Below the pieces are notes generated by a model. The model saw only the letters and a list, made by a program, of their open reading frames with translations. It had not been told where the DNA came from and did no database searches. A program made the position numbers and the translations under genes. From Somniosus microcephalus (Eukaryota), in contig CM126209.1 of the NCBI GenBank assembly GCA_052327205.1, positions 33,852,001 to 33,916,000 of the forward strand: a DNA stretch of 64,000 nt, in the 5' to 3' direction. Positions 50,971 to 64,000 of the stretch are shown here, in pieces (position 1 is the first letter of the stretch; each line of letters starts with the position of its first letter).

Positions 50971-53399
50971 ATTGCTTCAGTTAAAAATCTAAATTCATTT
51001 TACACTATAAACTGTGATAGAGAGGAAAATTTGAAACAGCCAAGAAATATGGCCAGCCACACCCCCTCCCCCACCCCAGCCACTTTATTCCCTTCTTTTT
51101 CTGTCCGTACTGCAAATGAAACAGTTGTGACTGTCCTAACTACTGACTCCTGTTTACCTAAATGAAAAAATAAGGCTCTAAAACAAAAAGTTTGAAAACT
51201 TCCAAGTTTGCTATTTTACTTTTTTTTTAAAACACCCCACAACACATTTTTTCCACCAAAGGAACCACCTTTCATTCACATGAAGAGTCGCACCCCAGAC
51301 AGGTCCCATAAAAATGACTACAGTTGCACTGGAGACAGAACAGTATAGATAGGATGTGAACTATCGCCAGTCATGTATTTTGTTGTCTAAATATTTTCAC
51401 CCCGGTACTGAAACTCGAGCTGCTGCCTGCAGGTGACATTCTAAATGTCCAGTCACTTCCCAATACGCTTCTACAGCCCAAGAGGCCACAGGGATTTAAA
51501 TTCCTGGTGACACCGGCCCGCCTCTAAACTGGTTTACTGTACTCTGTGTACAGAAGATATAACAAAATAGATAAAAGTCTCTTGCAATTAACTTGTAGAC
51601 ACGAGGAGCTTCATGATATCAAAAGCCAACAGTTACAGTGGAAGGGCGCGGAGACATTTTAAGCTTTTTATTGAAAGAGAATTCCATTACAAAGGAGAGC
51701 GTGTTATTAATGGAGCTTACTGGAGCACCACTTCTGCATTTGTTCAATAAAAACTTAAATTCGCAAAATCAGTTTTTTTTTTTTTTTTATAAACGCATGC
51801 GAGACTACTTTGAACAGAAGATTTCCAAAGCTGCTTCAGGTTAGCCTAGTGTGTGTGTATGCCATGCAGCAGAGATAAACCCAGCCCTATAGACCCAGAG
51901 TTACATCCGCACATTCTGAAATTAACCCCAAACTGCTATGGAGATTCTCAGGAATAGTGAAATGTATTATAATGTCATACTTTTCATCTTTACACACATT
52001 TTGCACAATCTCTTTGATGGGTGATGGAGAAACATTTAATTAAGTGTTTCCCCACCCCACGAATAATGGGACACAATCATTGCCGGTCAAGAATGGTTAA
52101 GAGAATCAGAGGGAGCTGGGTGGGGAAAGAGTAGAAAGCAGGGACAATATGTCAAGTTTGGAATATGAAAATCAGCTGTATAGAGGAACATTCAATGTCT
52201 CGCCCAAGTCTCTACGCCAAACCTATTTCATCACTCACCATCGAACTTTCCCAGGCCACTCTCGTACAGGGTGAAGGCACAGGCTGCTGCGGATCATCTT
52301 ACCAAGTGCCCCTTCACCACATGACCTTCCAAATTACCCACTGGCTTTGGCTTGACACTAATTGGTAAACCCGCTGAACCATATCGAGGCAAACAAAAAG
52401 ACACCTGGAGTTCTGTCAAAACATGTCATCGGTGAAAACTGAACATTATAAATGTGCTCAGACCCGCCCTGAAACAACCTGGGGTAAAATTTGCGAGAAG
52501 AATGGGGTAAGTATAACCTACAGGAAATTCTAGAATTCTGCACTTGTATCCAGATTATATGATTCTGAAATTCAGGTTAGATCCAACAATTGGAAAGAAT
52601 GTGCATTTGTACTTCCTCACTGGCGGGTTCCTTTACTATTCAAACATCTCTGCATGATAAAATGGAAAGTTGACTATAATAAAAGTAGCTCTGAATAGCC
52701 TTTCAAAAATAGCAGATCAAATTTCACTTTAACATGGGACTGCAGGCAAGTAACTGAAACATGGGATTCTCGGCTCCTGCTACTGTCAGAATTTCTAGAT
52801 TTAACGAAGAATGTGCTTTTTTTTTTTTAATCATAATTTGTAATGTTATGTTTATTTGTTATAGTGTGAATGTCAATCCAAAACTTTGCAATAATTATTT
52901 TTGCATTAAATCAATGGTATATTGGAATACAATCTAAAATCTAACCTGTAAGATTTCAACAAAGTGCCTAAAAAGCCCTCACAAGAGGGAAGTCTATAAA
53001 ATAAATCAATTCACTTCCCATACAAGCCAATGCCTTTTACCAGCATAGTTAGTCCAAGGTCCAGAAGGTGTATGCCTTCATTAACTGCCTGAAGCACTGA
53101 ATCACACAAACTGTTAATAATTGACAAAGAATTGCTTCACCTTGCTATAAACCAATTCCATATAGCCACCGATTCTCAACATTAAACCCATTTTCATGGT
53201 AAAACATCAACTGATTCAAAGTATCTTTATTAGCACTATACTCCTCACCTAGAAGAGTTTAACGTGGGCTTCTCCCAGTAGGTAAATGTCCCATGTGGTA
53301 TCATGCCATGCCTTCAATTACCGGCCCCAACCCTCCACACCAATCTTTCCCATTCTCGCGTTCCCTTGTAAAGTCCTCTGAAACACGAGAGGTGCTAGA

Positions 53400-53630
53400 A
53401 ATACAAATCGTTGTTGTTGGTCCTGAGCTACAGTCGAGGAAGTACCCAGGTTCAATTCCTTGCTGAACTCAGAAAGGGTAGCAGCAAGGTGCTACAATTA
53501 ACCTCAGTCCCCATAGGCTGGGAAGGAGTTTTTTCCCCCCAAAAAAACCCAGTCCTCACTCCTGACCACTATCCGCTAACCCCTGCTGGGACGTGTTGAT
53601 CCATGGTCGATGCAGTGCCAGCACAGGATC
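53400..53630 (+). mobile_element. AmnSINE2-like SINE fragment
   Basis: cccaggttcaattcc (B-box-like), ggtgctacaattaacctcagtcccc, ctcctgaccactatcc..acccctgctgg. Confidence 0.65.
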
Positions 53631-56600
53631 ATTCATTTGTTTTTAAATTGAAAAAACCAAGACAAAAAAGCCAAGACGGGCATGTGGAATTTTCACGCTA
53701 TGTTTACTTGAAGTGCGAAAAACACCCGGCAGTGTGATTACAGATTTTTCCTCCCAAATGTGCATCGGCTGGAGATAGCAATTTAAATTACAAATTACTC
53801 CTTAATTCAGAGGTGCTTCATTTGAATAATCTGATCATTCAAAAAAATGGTGGTGCAAAAATGGCCTTTAATCATCAACAGTAGCGCAAAGTATTGGCGA
53901 TTACAAATCTGTTTAGTAGCAGCAATAAGCAGAGCAATCTGAAGTTAGGAATGGCATCTCACAAGCGTTTCAAGTGTGATTTCTGCTATAGCATATTGAT
54001 ACCAGCATGTGAAATAATCTAGTGGCAAATTGATGAACTAAAGTTTAATGTTTGATGACATCTTGTCCTGCAGAACAAATAAAAGCAGTAGATAACTACC
54101 ACATAATAATGAAGGTACTTTTCCAATGGTAAGCCACCCACTTCAGTAAAATGGTCACTAGTCAAAAGCTGTACAAGCTTCATCCAAGCCCCCAGAGCCA
54201 AATGGATTGCAAGGCCATTGGACACAGATCCCTGTCCCACTCCTCCATTTCCCATAGATTCTCAGCATCACTCTATTCTAGTTTCACCGAACATTAAAAA
54301 AAAAGGGCTTTGGAATTACAGGATGCTAGCAAACGAATGTGTATTGCATTCCACTGAAATTCTGCTGTTTCAGTGGAAGTGTGAACCCACGCAAAATAAA
54401 TGGATTTAAAGAGCTCCTATCTTTAATCAATCAGCATAATTTCAAGGCCCAAGTTCACATCCAAAATTGCTTTCATCAACATAAAAGTGACAGTATGATG
54501 GGCAAAAAGTAACTAACCGTCCAATAACATACTCTCGATTGCCCTCAACGCTTATACGTTACTCTTGCATTTTAAACTCTGCTTCTGTGCATACTACACG
54601 TGTGTTTCCTACGATATTTTCAGCATTCAAATTTCCATCGGCATTGCTGGTAAAATTAGAATGCGCTGAACAAATCAAACCACACTTTATCCAGTACTAT
54701 GAATAAAAGGAATTATTTTTTTGCAGCTAAAATGGTGGCATTTTCAAAGGGCTAACATTGCATCAGTAATCACACAGAAAAAGTTTAACTCTAATATTTA
54801 AATCAGAACTGGAACGTTACTAATTTCCTTCAGAAAAAGGGTAAGGAACTCAAGACACTCATTTAAGGTACTTTTACTTTTGGTGCTTCTGTAGTTTGGA
54901 TGGTAGAAGACTGGTGTATATGCACCACCTCCCCCAAGTCTAGTAAATCTAGCTCCCTTGCTCCACAGTAGAACTGTAGACCTAAATTTCCATGGGTCTA
55001 CGGTTCTGTTGTCGGGATAAAGAAACCGGTTTCAACAATGTAAACCTGATGTGAGCCAGGCACAAATGTCAATCCCATTACCCAAACTACAGGAACGCCA
55101 AGTCTAAACTGTCTTAGGATATTTGGCGATTCCTCACATATGTGATTTGCCACACACATTCACTTTCAGTGGTGAGGCACAAACAACTCTATTAAAAATC
55201 AATGTTGTTCTGCAATTGGTAGACAGGAGGCAGCACTTATGGTGAAGACGACGACTTTAGTCACCGTCTTCCTCCATCTCCCAAAAAAGAACCTCGCACT
55301 TTTTCGGTAATTTCCATCGAAGAGCCTAACTGACTGATAAGGACTGTCTAAACCTTGATTGAACTCTGCTTTTTAAAAAAAAATAATTATGGATTTAATA
55401 AAAGATGAATATACCCATTTCCAACAAGAATGAGGGTATTACATTGTGCATATTCACTTTTAAATAGATTTGAAATAGAGCCTAGAAGGGTTAACAGAGG
55501 GGTATTGTCCTGTTGAATAATCATTTATAATTTTTATTCTTCAGGCTCAGTTACAAATGAACATTCTATGAATGAAAAAGGCTACTTGTTATCATTCAGA
55601 GAGAACACTGAGGGAAGGAAAAAAGACGACATTATTCCCTTTCCCGTGCAGCTCAGAGTGGGCTGTTCTTAACGCCGTGTCCTACATGACCCCGCAAGTC
55701 TATGACTCCATAGTTTTAAACCTTGGTTCAACTGCTCATTTAGTTCAAGTTGAACAGTTGCTCACTGCAGCTTTTGTTTGGGGGGAAAAAGTGCAGGTGT
55801 TCTTTTCCCACCCATTTTAACAGAGGATATGAGGAACAATGCAGTCACATTAACAGCGTGAACAACCTGCATCAGCCTGTAAAAGTTGACAGCCACCCCC
55901 ACATGAGCCAAACCTACCCCCCACCCCCCCGGAAAACATCCAACCTCAATCACAAATCTGTCTGCTGCCTATAAAATCCACCAATACAATGGGAGAATTG
56001 TCCAGTGAGCCAGTTTCCTAGAGTAATGACATTTTTTGTTTATGGTCTAGTTCTTAGGCTGTCAGTTTCAACATCCAGTTGTTAAAACCCGATCTGCTTA
56101 AATGCAATTCAACCCGATTCAGGAAGGATGTGCTTTAATTTTTAGACAAAGAATTTCCCATTTGTGTACTTGGGCAACGATGGTAAATCTGTTGGAAATA
56201 GCGCCTTCTCAAACATGCATTACACTGCCAGACCTCTGTAATAGCTAAATGTGCCGAGATATTAAGGTGCTTCAGGTCACCTCTGTAATATGTAGGACTG
56301 TTAAAGGCTCTATGCTGCAGTCAACAATTGGTTTGTTATACTTCCCTTCCATGCAGACTATAGTTTGCATGCTGCTACAGAAGGAGAAATATATCTTCCA
56401 TTACCCACTGGTAAGTTTTAGCAGGTTAAAGTCATTTAAATCTAGCTCTGCATGTAACCAAAATGGCTATATTATACCAGTAATTAATTGAGTCACAGAT
56501 TGGGATTTCAACGCTTTCTTACATTAAACCTGCCTGTTTTTTTGGAGCTGCAGAATAATTCACTGGTCTTCAGAACTATATATCCAAAGAGATCAAGAGA

Positions 56601-57329
56601 TGGCTATTCAGAACATCCTTAGTTTTAATTCAGATCATCAGATAAAATGTTGCTGCCAATCATTTGAAAGTTGTTTTGGTCTTGCTATTTCTGCTCCTCG
56701 GGTAACCTGGCTCCCATCAGTCACACTCTAGACAGAGCCAAGTCTGTGTTTTTCATTTTTTCCTGATTCAGAAACTCATCCAGTTCTTCACCGAGTAATT
56801 CCCTGATCCAAACATTACTGCACAAGAAGTTAATAACCATGAGAGGGGCCGGGAAAAAAAACTTTATAACTCACTTTGTTAGTGGGTTATCTCATTTTGA
56901 AATGGAGAACCACCAAGCATCTCTCTGGGTCACTCCCCTCATTATTTACAGCACGTGGATCAGGCCTGGCCAGTTTGAGGGAAGAGTTGATGTTCCCTCA
57001 GTCTGTCTTCACAGCACAACAGCCCCAATCCAGGAACCACCCATATCATCCTTTTTCCTCCACATTATTTCAAGCACACTGACTATCCCTCAACCAATGT
57101 TCCCTTCAAATTGCAATCTAAGTGTGCGGTCCCTTTAAACTTGCTAGCGGCCCCGCATGCTTTGCCCCCAACATGATGCTCAACACTAATTACAATGCAA
57201 TCAATAAGTCAGAACAGTTCATTTTTGTTCTTTTAAACTTTTCCTAAAACACTGTCAAAAGCCACTTATGCTTAAGGTATCTGATTTGTGAGAGCTTCAT
57301 TTTTAATTGACATAGACAGACTGGTGAAA

Positions 57330-57787
57330 TAGGCAGACTTCAGTTATGTGGAGAGACTAGAGAAGCTGGGATTGTTCTTCTTGGAGCAGAAATGGTTACG
57401 GGGAGATTTAATAGGTGGTGTTCAAAATTATGGGGGGTTTTGAGAGAGTGAATAAAGAGAAACAGTTTCCACTGGAGGGTGTGTCAGTAGCAAGAGGACA
57501 CCGATTTAAGATAATTGGGATAAGAGGGGAAATGAGAATTTTTTTTTTTTTTTTTATAAACACAGCGAGTTATGATGATCTGGAATGTGAGTTATGATGA
57601 CCTGGAAAGGGTGGTGGAAGCAGATTCAATAGTAACTTTCAAAAGGGAATTGACTATATAGTTGAAACGGACACATTTGCAGGTGTATGGCGAAATAATG
57701 GGCCTAATTAGATAGCTCTTTCAAAGAACCAGCACAGGTACGATGGGTCGAATGGCCTCCTTCTGTGCTGCAATATTCTATGATTCC
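57330..57787 (+). mobile_element. CR1 LINE 3' fragment with intact tail
   Basis: SYVERLEKLGLF..EQ..LRGDLI..FKIMGGFERV motif; 3' end gaatggcctccttctgtgctg..attctatgatt. Confidence 0.9.
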
Positions 57788-58439
57788 ATCACCATAGATA
57801 TCATGACCATCTTGCTCTACTGCCAGGCTAAGCATATGGCTTTGTGAAGCAGTGACTGATAGCAGACTTTCAGGACTGGAGCATATTTTTACTTATTCAA
57901 TGTTTTGACCAACAGCATACATCACATAAAACACTTTATATTTTTTTAAAAAACTATGCTGGCTTGAGGGCAGTGGCACAGAATGTTATAGTGCCAATCT
58001 ACCATGCCACCCAGTGGATTAGGACATAGGTGCACAGCTCACACACTGAGTTGCCAACCTCTGCCATGCCATCATGGAGAGAGATGAACAGATTCCCCAC
58101 AGGGAGGAAATGAAAATCACCTCAGGCCACTTGAGTGCACCCTCATAGCAAGCCTCAGAACAATACTGACAGTAGCCCAGCAGTTGAGTTACCCTTCTGA
58201 CCGCAAATGATTAGTGATGCAGGAAACCCAGTGAGAAAATACCATAAAGGAACCAGTTTCTAAGATGCCTTTCTGCTGGTGCGCAATATCTATTGGGGAA
58301 TACTAAAATGGAATGAGGGCTTCAATAATAGTTCTAATTTCTGCCATGTTATCCCAGTTCAGCTTTTGTTCATTTTTCCCCAACCACTTTTATTACAAAC
58401 AATTATAAAAATAAAAGTGAAATAAAATTTTCAAAATAC

Positions 58440-58870
58440 AGGAGCTTCCCCCCAGTGGATCAGTGAATTGTGGTTCTAAGCCAAGCAAATCCGGAAGGTC
58501 CTCCCTTCAATCACTAGTCTGTGGAGAGTCAGAAGAGATGGCAATAGTGGCACTACTATTTGCCTCAGTACTCCTGTACTGTGGTGCGTGGGAAGAAGGC
58601 AGAGGAGAGAAAAACCATCAGGCTGGGTTCCCATTTACAATCACCGTCAAGTGACTCCTGCTGCAAATTGTGCATGCAGACCATGAATGGGCCAAGGATG
58701 AAGCTCGACTATGATATCCCAAGCCCACTGTCAAATCGCCTTGCAAACTCACTGCCCAGGTTCACCTCTGAATAATGATCAATTGGGCATGATGTTAGAG
58801 AGCTGCCTTGCCAAAGGAACCATGGCCCAGCACAAGCTAGCATCATCGGGGTGTTGGAAGACTGGGGAAA
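58440..58870 (+). mobile_element. AmnSINE2-like SINE, diverged near full-length
   Basis: ccagtggat, ggaaggtcc, tgcctcagt, aagtgactcctgctg, ggaaccat..ccagca occur in the same order as in other copies. Confidence 0.55.
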
Positions 58871-59544
58871 AATAAAATCACCCTTAGTGGAGAATGTTAC
58901 TTAGTCACTTAAAATTCAAATAAAGGAGGCGTTAAATGTTGAGCGAGCTTCACTTTTTTGACAAACAATACATGAAACTGTTGTACGTTTTTAAAAACGT
59001 ACATCAAAAGAAATTCACCCCCCCCCCCCGCCCTCCCGCCAGGCCTCATCACTTCGGAAAGTTGCAGCTGTGCATTTCCAGCCGCCTGCAGCTTGACCTA
59101 GCTTCTCTGGCAGTGCATGGTACAGTGACAGACAAGACCAGTGTGATTTCAACCAAGACTGGCACTGCACCTGATCCTCAATGACTGGAGAAGGCTAGTG
59201 GTTTCGGCAAATTTGACAGCATGCAACTAAAACATTATTGGTATCTTTTATAATCTTAAGTATGATAGAAGGTTAAGTGCATTAAGATCTTCACTTATTA
59301 AATGTTCAGAGAAAAAAGGGGAAAACTACAAATGCTGAAAATACATAGCAGACCCAACTTCAGTAAACACTCACCTCAGAAAAAACACTTATTATAATAC
59401 AACATATCAAAATGGGCAAATAAAATGCTTGAAATATGAAATAAAAACAAAAAAAATGTTGGAAATGAGTTATCAGCATCTGAAAGAAAAAGTTTAAAGT
59501 TTTAGTTATGATTCTTCATTAGAACTCAGGTGTGACCTTTCAAA

Positions 59545-59640
59545 GAACCATCACTACACTGGCTAAGATCAGCTAGCTCAGCACAGACCACGGGGTGCAA
59601 CCTTCCGGGTCTGGATGGTTCAGGTGCCAGTTGAACCTTC
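59545..59640 (-). mobile_element. AmnSINE2-like 5' fragment
   Basis: ggctaagatcagctagctcagcacagacc is the reverse complement of ggtctgtgctgag(c/t)tagctgatct. Confidence 0.55.
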
Positions 59641-62600
59641 GAGGGCACGCCCGCATTTTTTGTTTTTTATTTTTAATCTCCATCAGAGCCTCGAGCCAGC
59701 AGGAGTTATATTTCCCCAAGTAGAAGACGGCTCGTACAGATAATTCCCATACTTTTGCGGCAAAGAATGTAAAATTTCTCCCAACGGTTTAATGTGATCA
59801 CTATTTATGAATCATACAAAATCTTTTGCCTCATTGTCAATTTTGTTTTTAAAATTCAGCCTAAAAAAATTAGATCCCCAACCACCTTAAAAAAATTAAT
59901 TGCAACAACCATATACAGTTAACTGTGTGAACCGCTTGGAGGATAAGGAAAACATTTCCTCCATTCGGCACAACATTACTCTTGGCAAAACTAAAAGCAA
60001 AGACATCCTGTTTCACGGCAGCAATTTCTTTAAAGAAATTCTTTGCTGTGCAAAATACTGCCCAAAATGCTATTCTCAACACCAAGTACAGATTGCTATT
60101 CAAACAAATACTTCTTACAAATATTAAATGCATTAAGACCTTCAGTCCCCTCAAATGTTAAGAGAAAAAGGGGAATAAAACTACAAATGTTGAAAATACA
60201 TAGCAATATACAAATATTTCATACCTGAAAATTGGCCTTTTTGTGCTTTCTACTTCAGCCCACCTCACACACCTACATTGTCTTAGAATGCATCGAACCA
60301 CAAAAATCTAGGCCAGGAATATAACCCATCTTTCAAAAATTGTCTTTGCTGACTAAACTATCCACTGCCCCCCCCCCCCCCCCCAATCACACCTCTGGTC
60401 CCCCATGCTGGGATAAAGGGAGCAGTTTCAACAATGTAGATGTGGCACACAGACACTGCTCTCCTGTGATCTGAACTAAACAAGTGCCTCTGATGTCATT
60501 GGGTCTCAAAGTCAGATTATTTATATTAGCAGTGCCATCAATGGCACAGCATCAAGGAAAACTGCCTTGCAAAACTCCTCAGCTAAATCGGATCTGTGCA
60601 GGGCACTTGATGCCAGTTTCCTGTGGCACTTGAATGGTGAGCCCACCGAGAAATGTGAACTTGCTTTTTTTTTAAAGAAAGTTCTAAAATCTTGCAAGTC
60701 TCCCATTAAATCTCCATCTTTCTGCACTCCTGATAAATCACAACTGTAAGTGACATTAGTTGTTCTGTGCCTTGAGCAATTTCTTTCCAATTACATTCTT
60801 GAAATAGTGCCATTAACTGCCTCACTAGCTTGATTACCCACTTTGTCCAGCTGTTTTGATTGTGCTAAGTTTGATAGCCAGCCATGTGCATCTACTAAAA
60901 CGCAAAGCTTTATTTTAGCAACTTTTTTTTTAAATGTAGAAAAGAAAAAATATCCAACTTCTGTGAACAATAAAAGACACAAAGTATGTATTTATTTTAA
61001 TTACGCTTTAAGTATGTGGACAATTATTAAAAAGTACTCCATACTGTTCTTTATGACAGTTCTGTGAGCCACAACAGAATGACCTCTGGCACCAGCATCA
61101 TGTATTACTTTTACTGCTTGGCTGAAAGTTGCTGCTTCTGGGCCATAACAGCTGCTGAACAGAGCAGGCAGCGTTAAAAAACCCACACTGCCAGGAAGTA
61201 TATCCATGATCTAAACTCATCAAAACAATAAGACTATAATATAGATACAGAACATGCAATCAATGGAAAACTAGAAAGACACAAACAAATTATTGGGGGA
61301 CAGACCATTTAACTCCAAAGTGCCATCAGGCTAGCAGGAGTTGAGGCACATCGCCTGACACCCCAAATCCAGGAATTCCTCAATTACATTTTTGCATTAT
61401 CACCCTTTATTTTGATGCTTCAACCTAAAAAGGTTTACTTCCATCTTTCTGAATGGCTCTTTTTCGGATGCCTTTAGGGTTACGGGGGCTGGCTAGGAGG
61501 TAGGTTAAGCTAGAATGCAAGGTCATTTGATGTGACTGGGTTGCTGTGATGGTCTACAATGGTCAGCAATGCATTCTCACTAACCCAGGTCAACCTCTGA
61601 AGACATTGGACTTAGGGATGGTTTCTTTATCTATGTACATTTCAGCAGCACCTTATCAGGCTCGTTTAACTTCCTATCCTTGACTCAGCAGGTCATTGTG
61701 GCAACATTTACAACAGGAATATTTGCAAGTTACGCACGTAGGTCTTTAACATAATTTCAGTTTTGATTTCCAAGTAAATTGCATCTGTACTTATCTTCAC
61801 TGACATGTAAGACACTGTATCTATGCACAGCTGTTGCTATCTTTACCCAACATCTTGAACAAAACAACGAGCAGAAATCTCACTACTTTTGATATCTTTT
61901 TGTATGGGGGAGGAGGAGGAGTCAGGTTTAATATCAGATTCGTACTAAATGGAACTTTGTGATTTACAACAAGCCCCACACTATATGGTGTACTCAAGTA
62001 TTAAAAACTTTTCCACCAACAGCATCTGGCACACGTACAAGGCAGATTAGTGTTCAGAGGAAGGTATGCTGAGAATTTAGTGAGAAACAACCTGTCATGA
62101 TACTGAATTGCAAATGTTGGACGTAAAGCAGTCACATAATCATCAACAGCTCACAGTAGGAAGATTTCCTCTGCTCGCTATCTGTAGTGCAATCATAAAC
62201 ACATTCTTTATGATTTTGCTTTGAACAGAAGCATGCGCAACCCCCAGAATATTGGTCAGTAGCCACATGCTCAAGGCTCACATTGATTAGGGGGTTTAAC
62301 AGTGTTTGCATTCAACAAGATGTGAACGGACATCAGAGGTACACAACAGCACATGGCTTATCAACTTTTCTGTTTTCTAACAGTTTGCACAGGAACAATT
62401 TAAATTGGGCATTTCAGTTCCAAAACATTACTTCAATACACAAAGCAACAGATGTCAAGCAACTATTTATCTGGAGTTCAATTACATACAAAGCTCCAAA
62501 TATTGTCCACTGTGACCAAAACCTGCATTGCAGAACTGCCCCACACAATGGAAGCTTTTCACTGTCCAGATAAATCAAACGGTGTTTCTAAACACTATCT

Positions 62601-64000
62601 TCTCACAAGTCACAATAAGATTTGATCAGAACAAGTTATTGACGTGTTCGTACATTAACAGGAATACAAACTACACACTTCCCTCTGCACACTTATTTTT
62701 CTCAATTTTTAAAAAGATAAAACTCACAAAGTATAGCTACTTTGATCGCCACGGGCAACAAGCAAAAATTTTAACAGGCGCCAAAGTTGATAAAGGGAAC
62801 CATCTCCTGGTAGTTCCTGAGGTTTCGCCAGCCACATAGAAGAGTTCATATCCAACTATAATGGGCAGAGCAGTTATCTAAAACACTCCACTGAAACTCA
62901 CCAGGCCACCAATTTATTCCGCTCTCGTTAGCGAGAAAGAGAAAGAATTCTTGCCAAATAAAAGAAACAATAAATAGCCCTAGACAAAAAAAGTTTTTCT
63001 TTCATTTGTTGGTTCATTTGTACATCAGCAACACACTAAATACTATAAACAACAATAAAGAGGAAACCAAAATTCATGCACAATAGATGTTGCCAGAAAG
63101 CTACCATAAAGCCTGGCTCCAGTCTTTTTGGACAAATTGTGCCAGAATAATATCTTATAAATTTAACAATTGGACTATTAATCAGGACTTGATAATATAA
63201 CAAAGGACGGTATACAGGTGTTTTGTTAGCAGCTGTAGCGGATCACACAGTGATAATTGGGGTCAAAGAATGACCTATTGTGCAGTGTTCAGACCGTCAC
63301 TGGAGCAGAGCAAAGAACATTGCTTAGGGTTCACTTGTGCTTGTGAATACAGAACAGGAATGCTGCTGGAAAGGGAAAAGGACATCATGATCCTGCACAA
63401 CTCTATAGCTACTTTTATACTGTACCATTTTAATATAGGTCCCAAGAGACTGATGTCCATGAGCTAGCTCCTGGCATTTATCCTGATAAATCTGGCTCCC
63501 TTATCATAGCAACAGACACTCGGGCTCGCAAAAATCAGGGTCTACAAGTCTGCTGCTGGGATAAGAGAGCAACATTTAGCAGGATGAGTGCCAGGAGATG
63601 GTGCACGAGCCATGGTCTCCCAGAAGTCACATTAGAAATGGCCAATATAAAGTATCAAGTGCCACAACAGAAACACTCACTTCTGCCCCACAGAGCTCTG
63701 CTGTGCAGCTTTTTCAAACTGGATCAGAGAAGACAACATTAAAACACTGGTGGTCACACTTCCAGGTCTGGCACAGTCAATGGGACTCCTTTTTGCTGCA
63801 CTGTGGTTGTGAACACTGAAGTCAATTTTACAAACGGAGGGACAGGGGAGAAAGTTAACTTGCAACATCTCTACATACAATGATACCAGTTGAAATATGT
63901 TTTGGTGCTTCAGAGGCTTCCACTTCACAGGATCAACTGGTAATCTATTTTCTACTGATGTTGAGCCCTATTTCAGAGGCTTCTGAAAATGAGCCATACC

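Larger units (their letters stand above)
9724..64000 (-). other. TCF7L2: Large TCF7L2 intron upstream of the SNKV exon (continues beyond the window)
   Basis: The preceding canonical exon (YLQMKWPLLDV...AHIV) was not found in the window; this intron is very long in other vertebrates. Confidence 0.8.

Noticed and set aside
26711-57607. Short 10-25-bp tandem duplications (e.g. 26711, 34658, 38788, 57568)
   Set aside because: Ordinary replication-slippage products with no further structure.
63677-63928. ORF starting MKWKPL as possible upstream TCF7L2 exon (MKWPLL)
   Set aside because: GTG start, no further similarity to YLQMKWPLLDVQAGSLQ, no acceptor; the true exon lies outside the window.

Overview
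Eukaryotic, AT-rich vertebrate DNA, almost certainly from a cartilaginous fish (shark), judged by SacSINE1/DeuSINE-type, AmnSINE2-like, CR1 and Penelope-like repeats. The window lies inside the Wnt-effector gene TCF7L2 on the minus strand. Two canonical coding exons are visible (9591-9723 [12 protein letters not shown]...DPKT and 11-113 IPRPPHP...LGWLVPQ, with the alternative LVPQ donor). The rest is intron, mostly the very large intron upstream of the SNKV exon. Within it, about 20.5-26 kb looks like the internal-promoter region for dominant-negative TCF7L2: a coding alternative first exon (MYPRDA...LNSW|GTAAGT) plus several donors immediately preceded by ATG, in a ~20-kb stretch lacking recognisable transposons. 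Other notable structures are a ~250-bp near-perfect inverted repeat (47.0-47.8 kb), a young non-autonomous Helitron carrying CRE+3xCCAAT, a Tigger-like MITE, a 30-bp minisatellite, a 20-bp-stem hairpin and a candidate stop-containing microexon. Nearly all ORFs in the supplied track are spurious. Repeat family names are recalled from memory and need RepeatMasker/Dfam confirmation.
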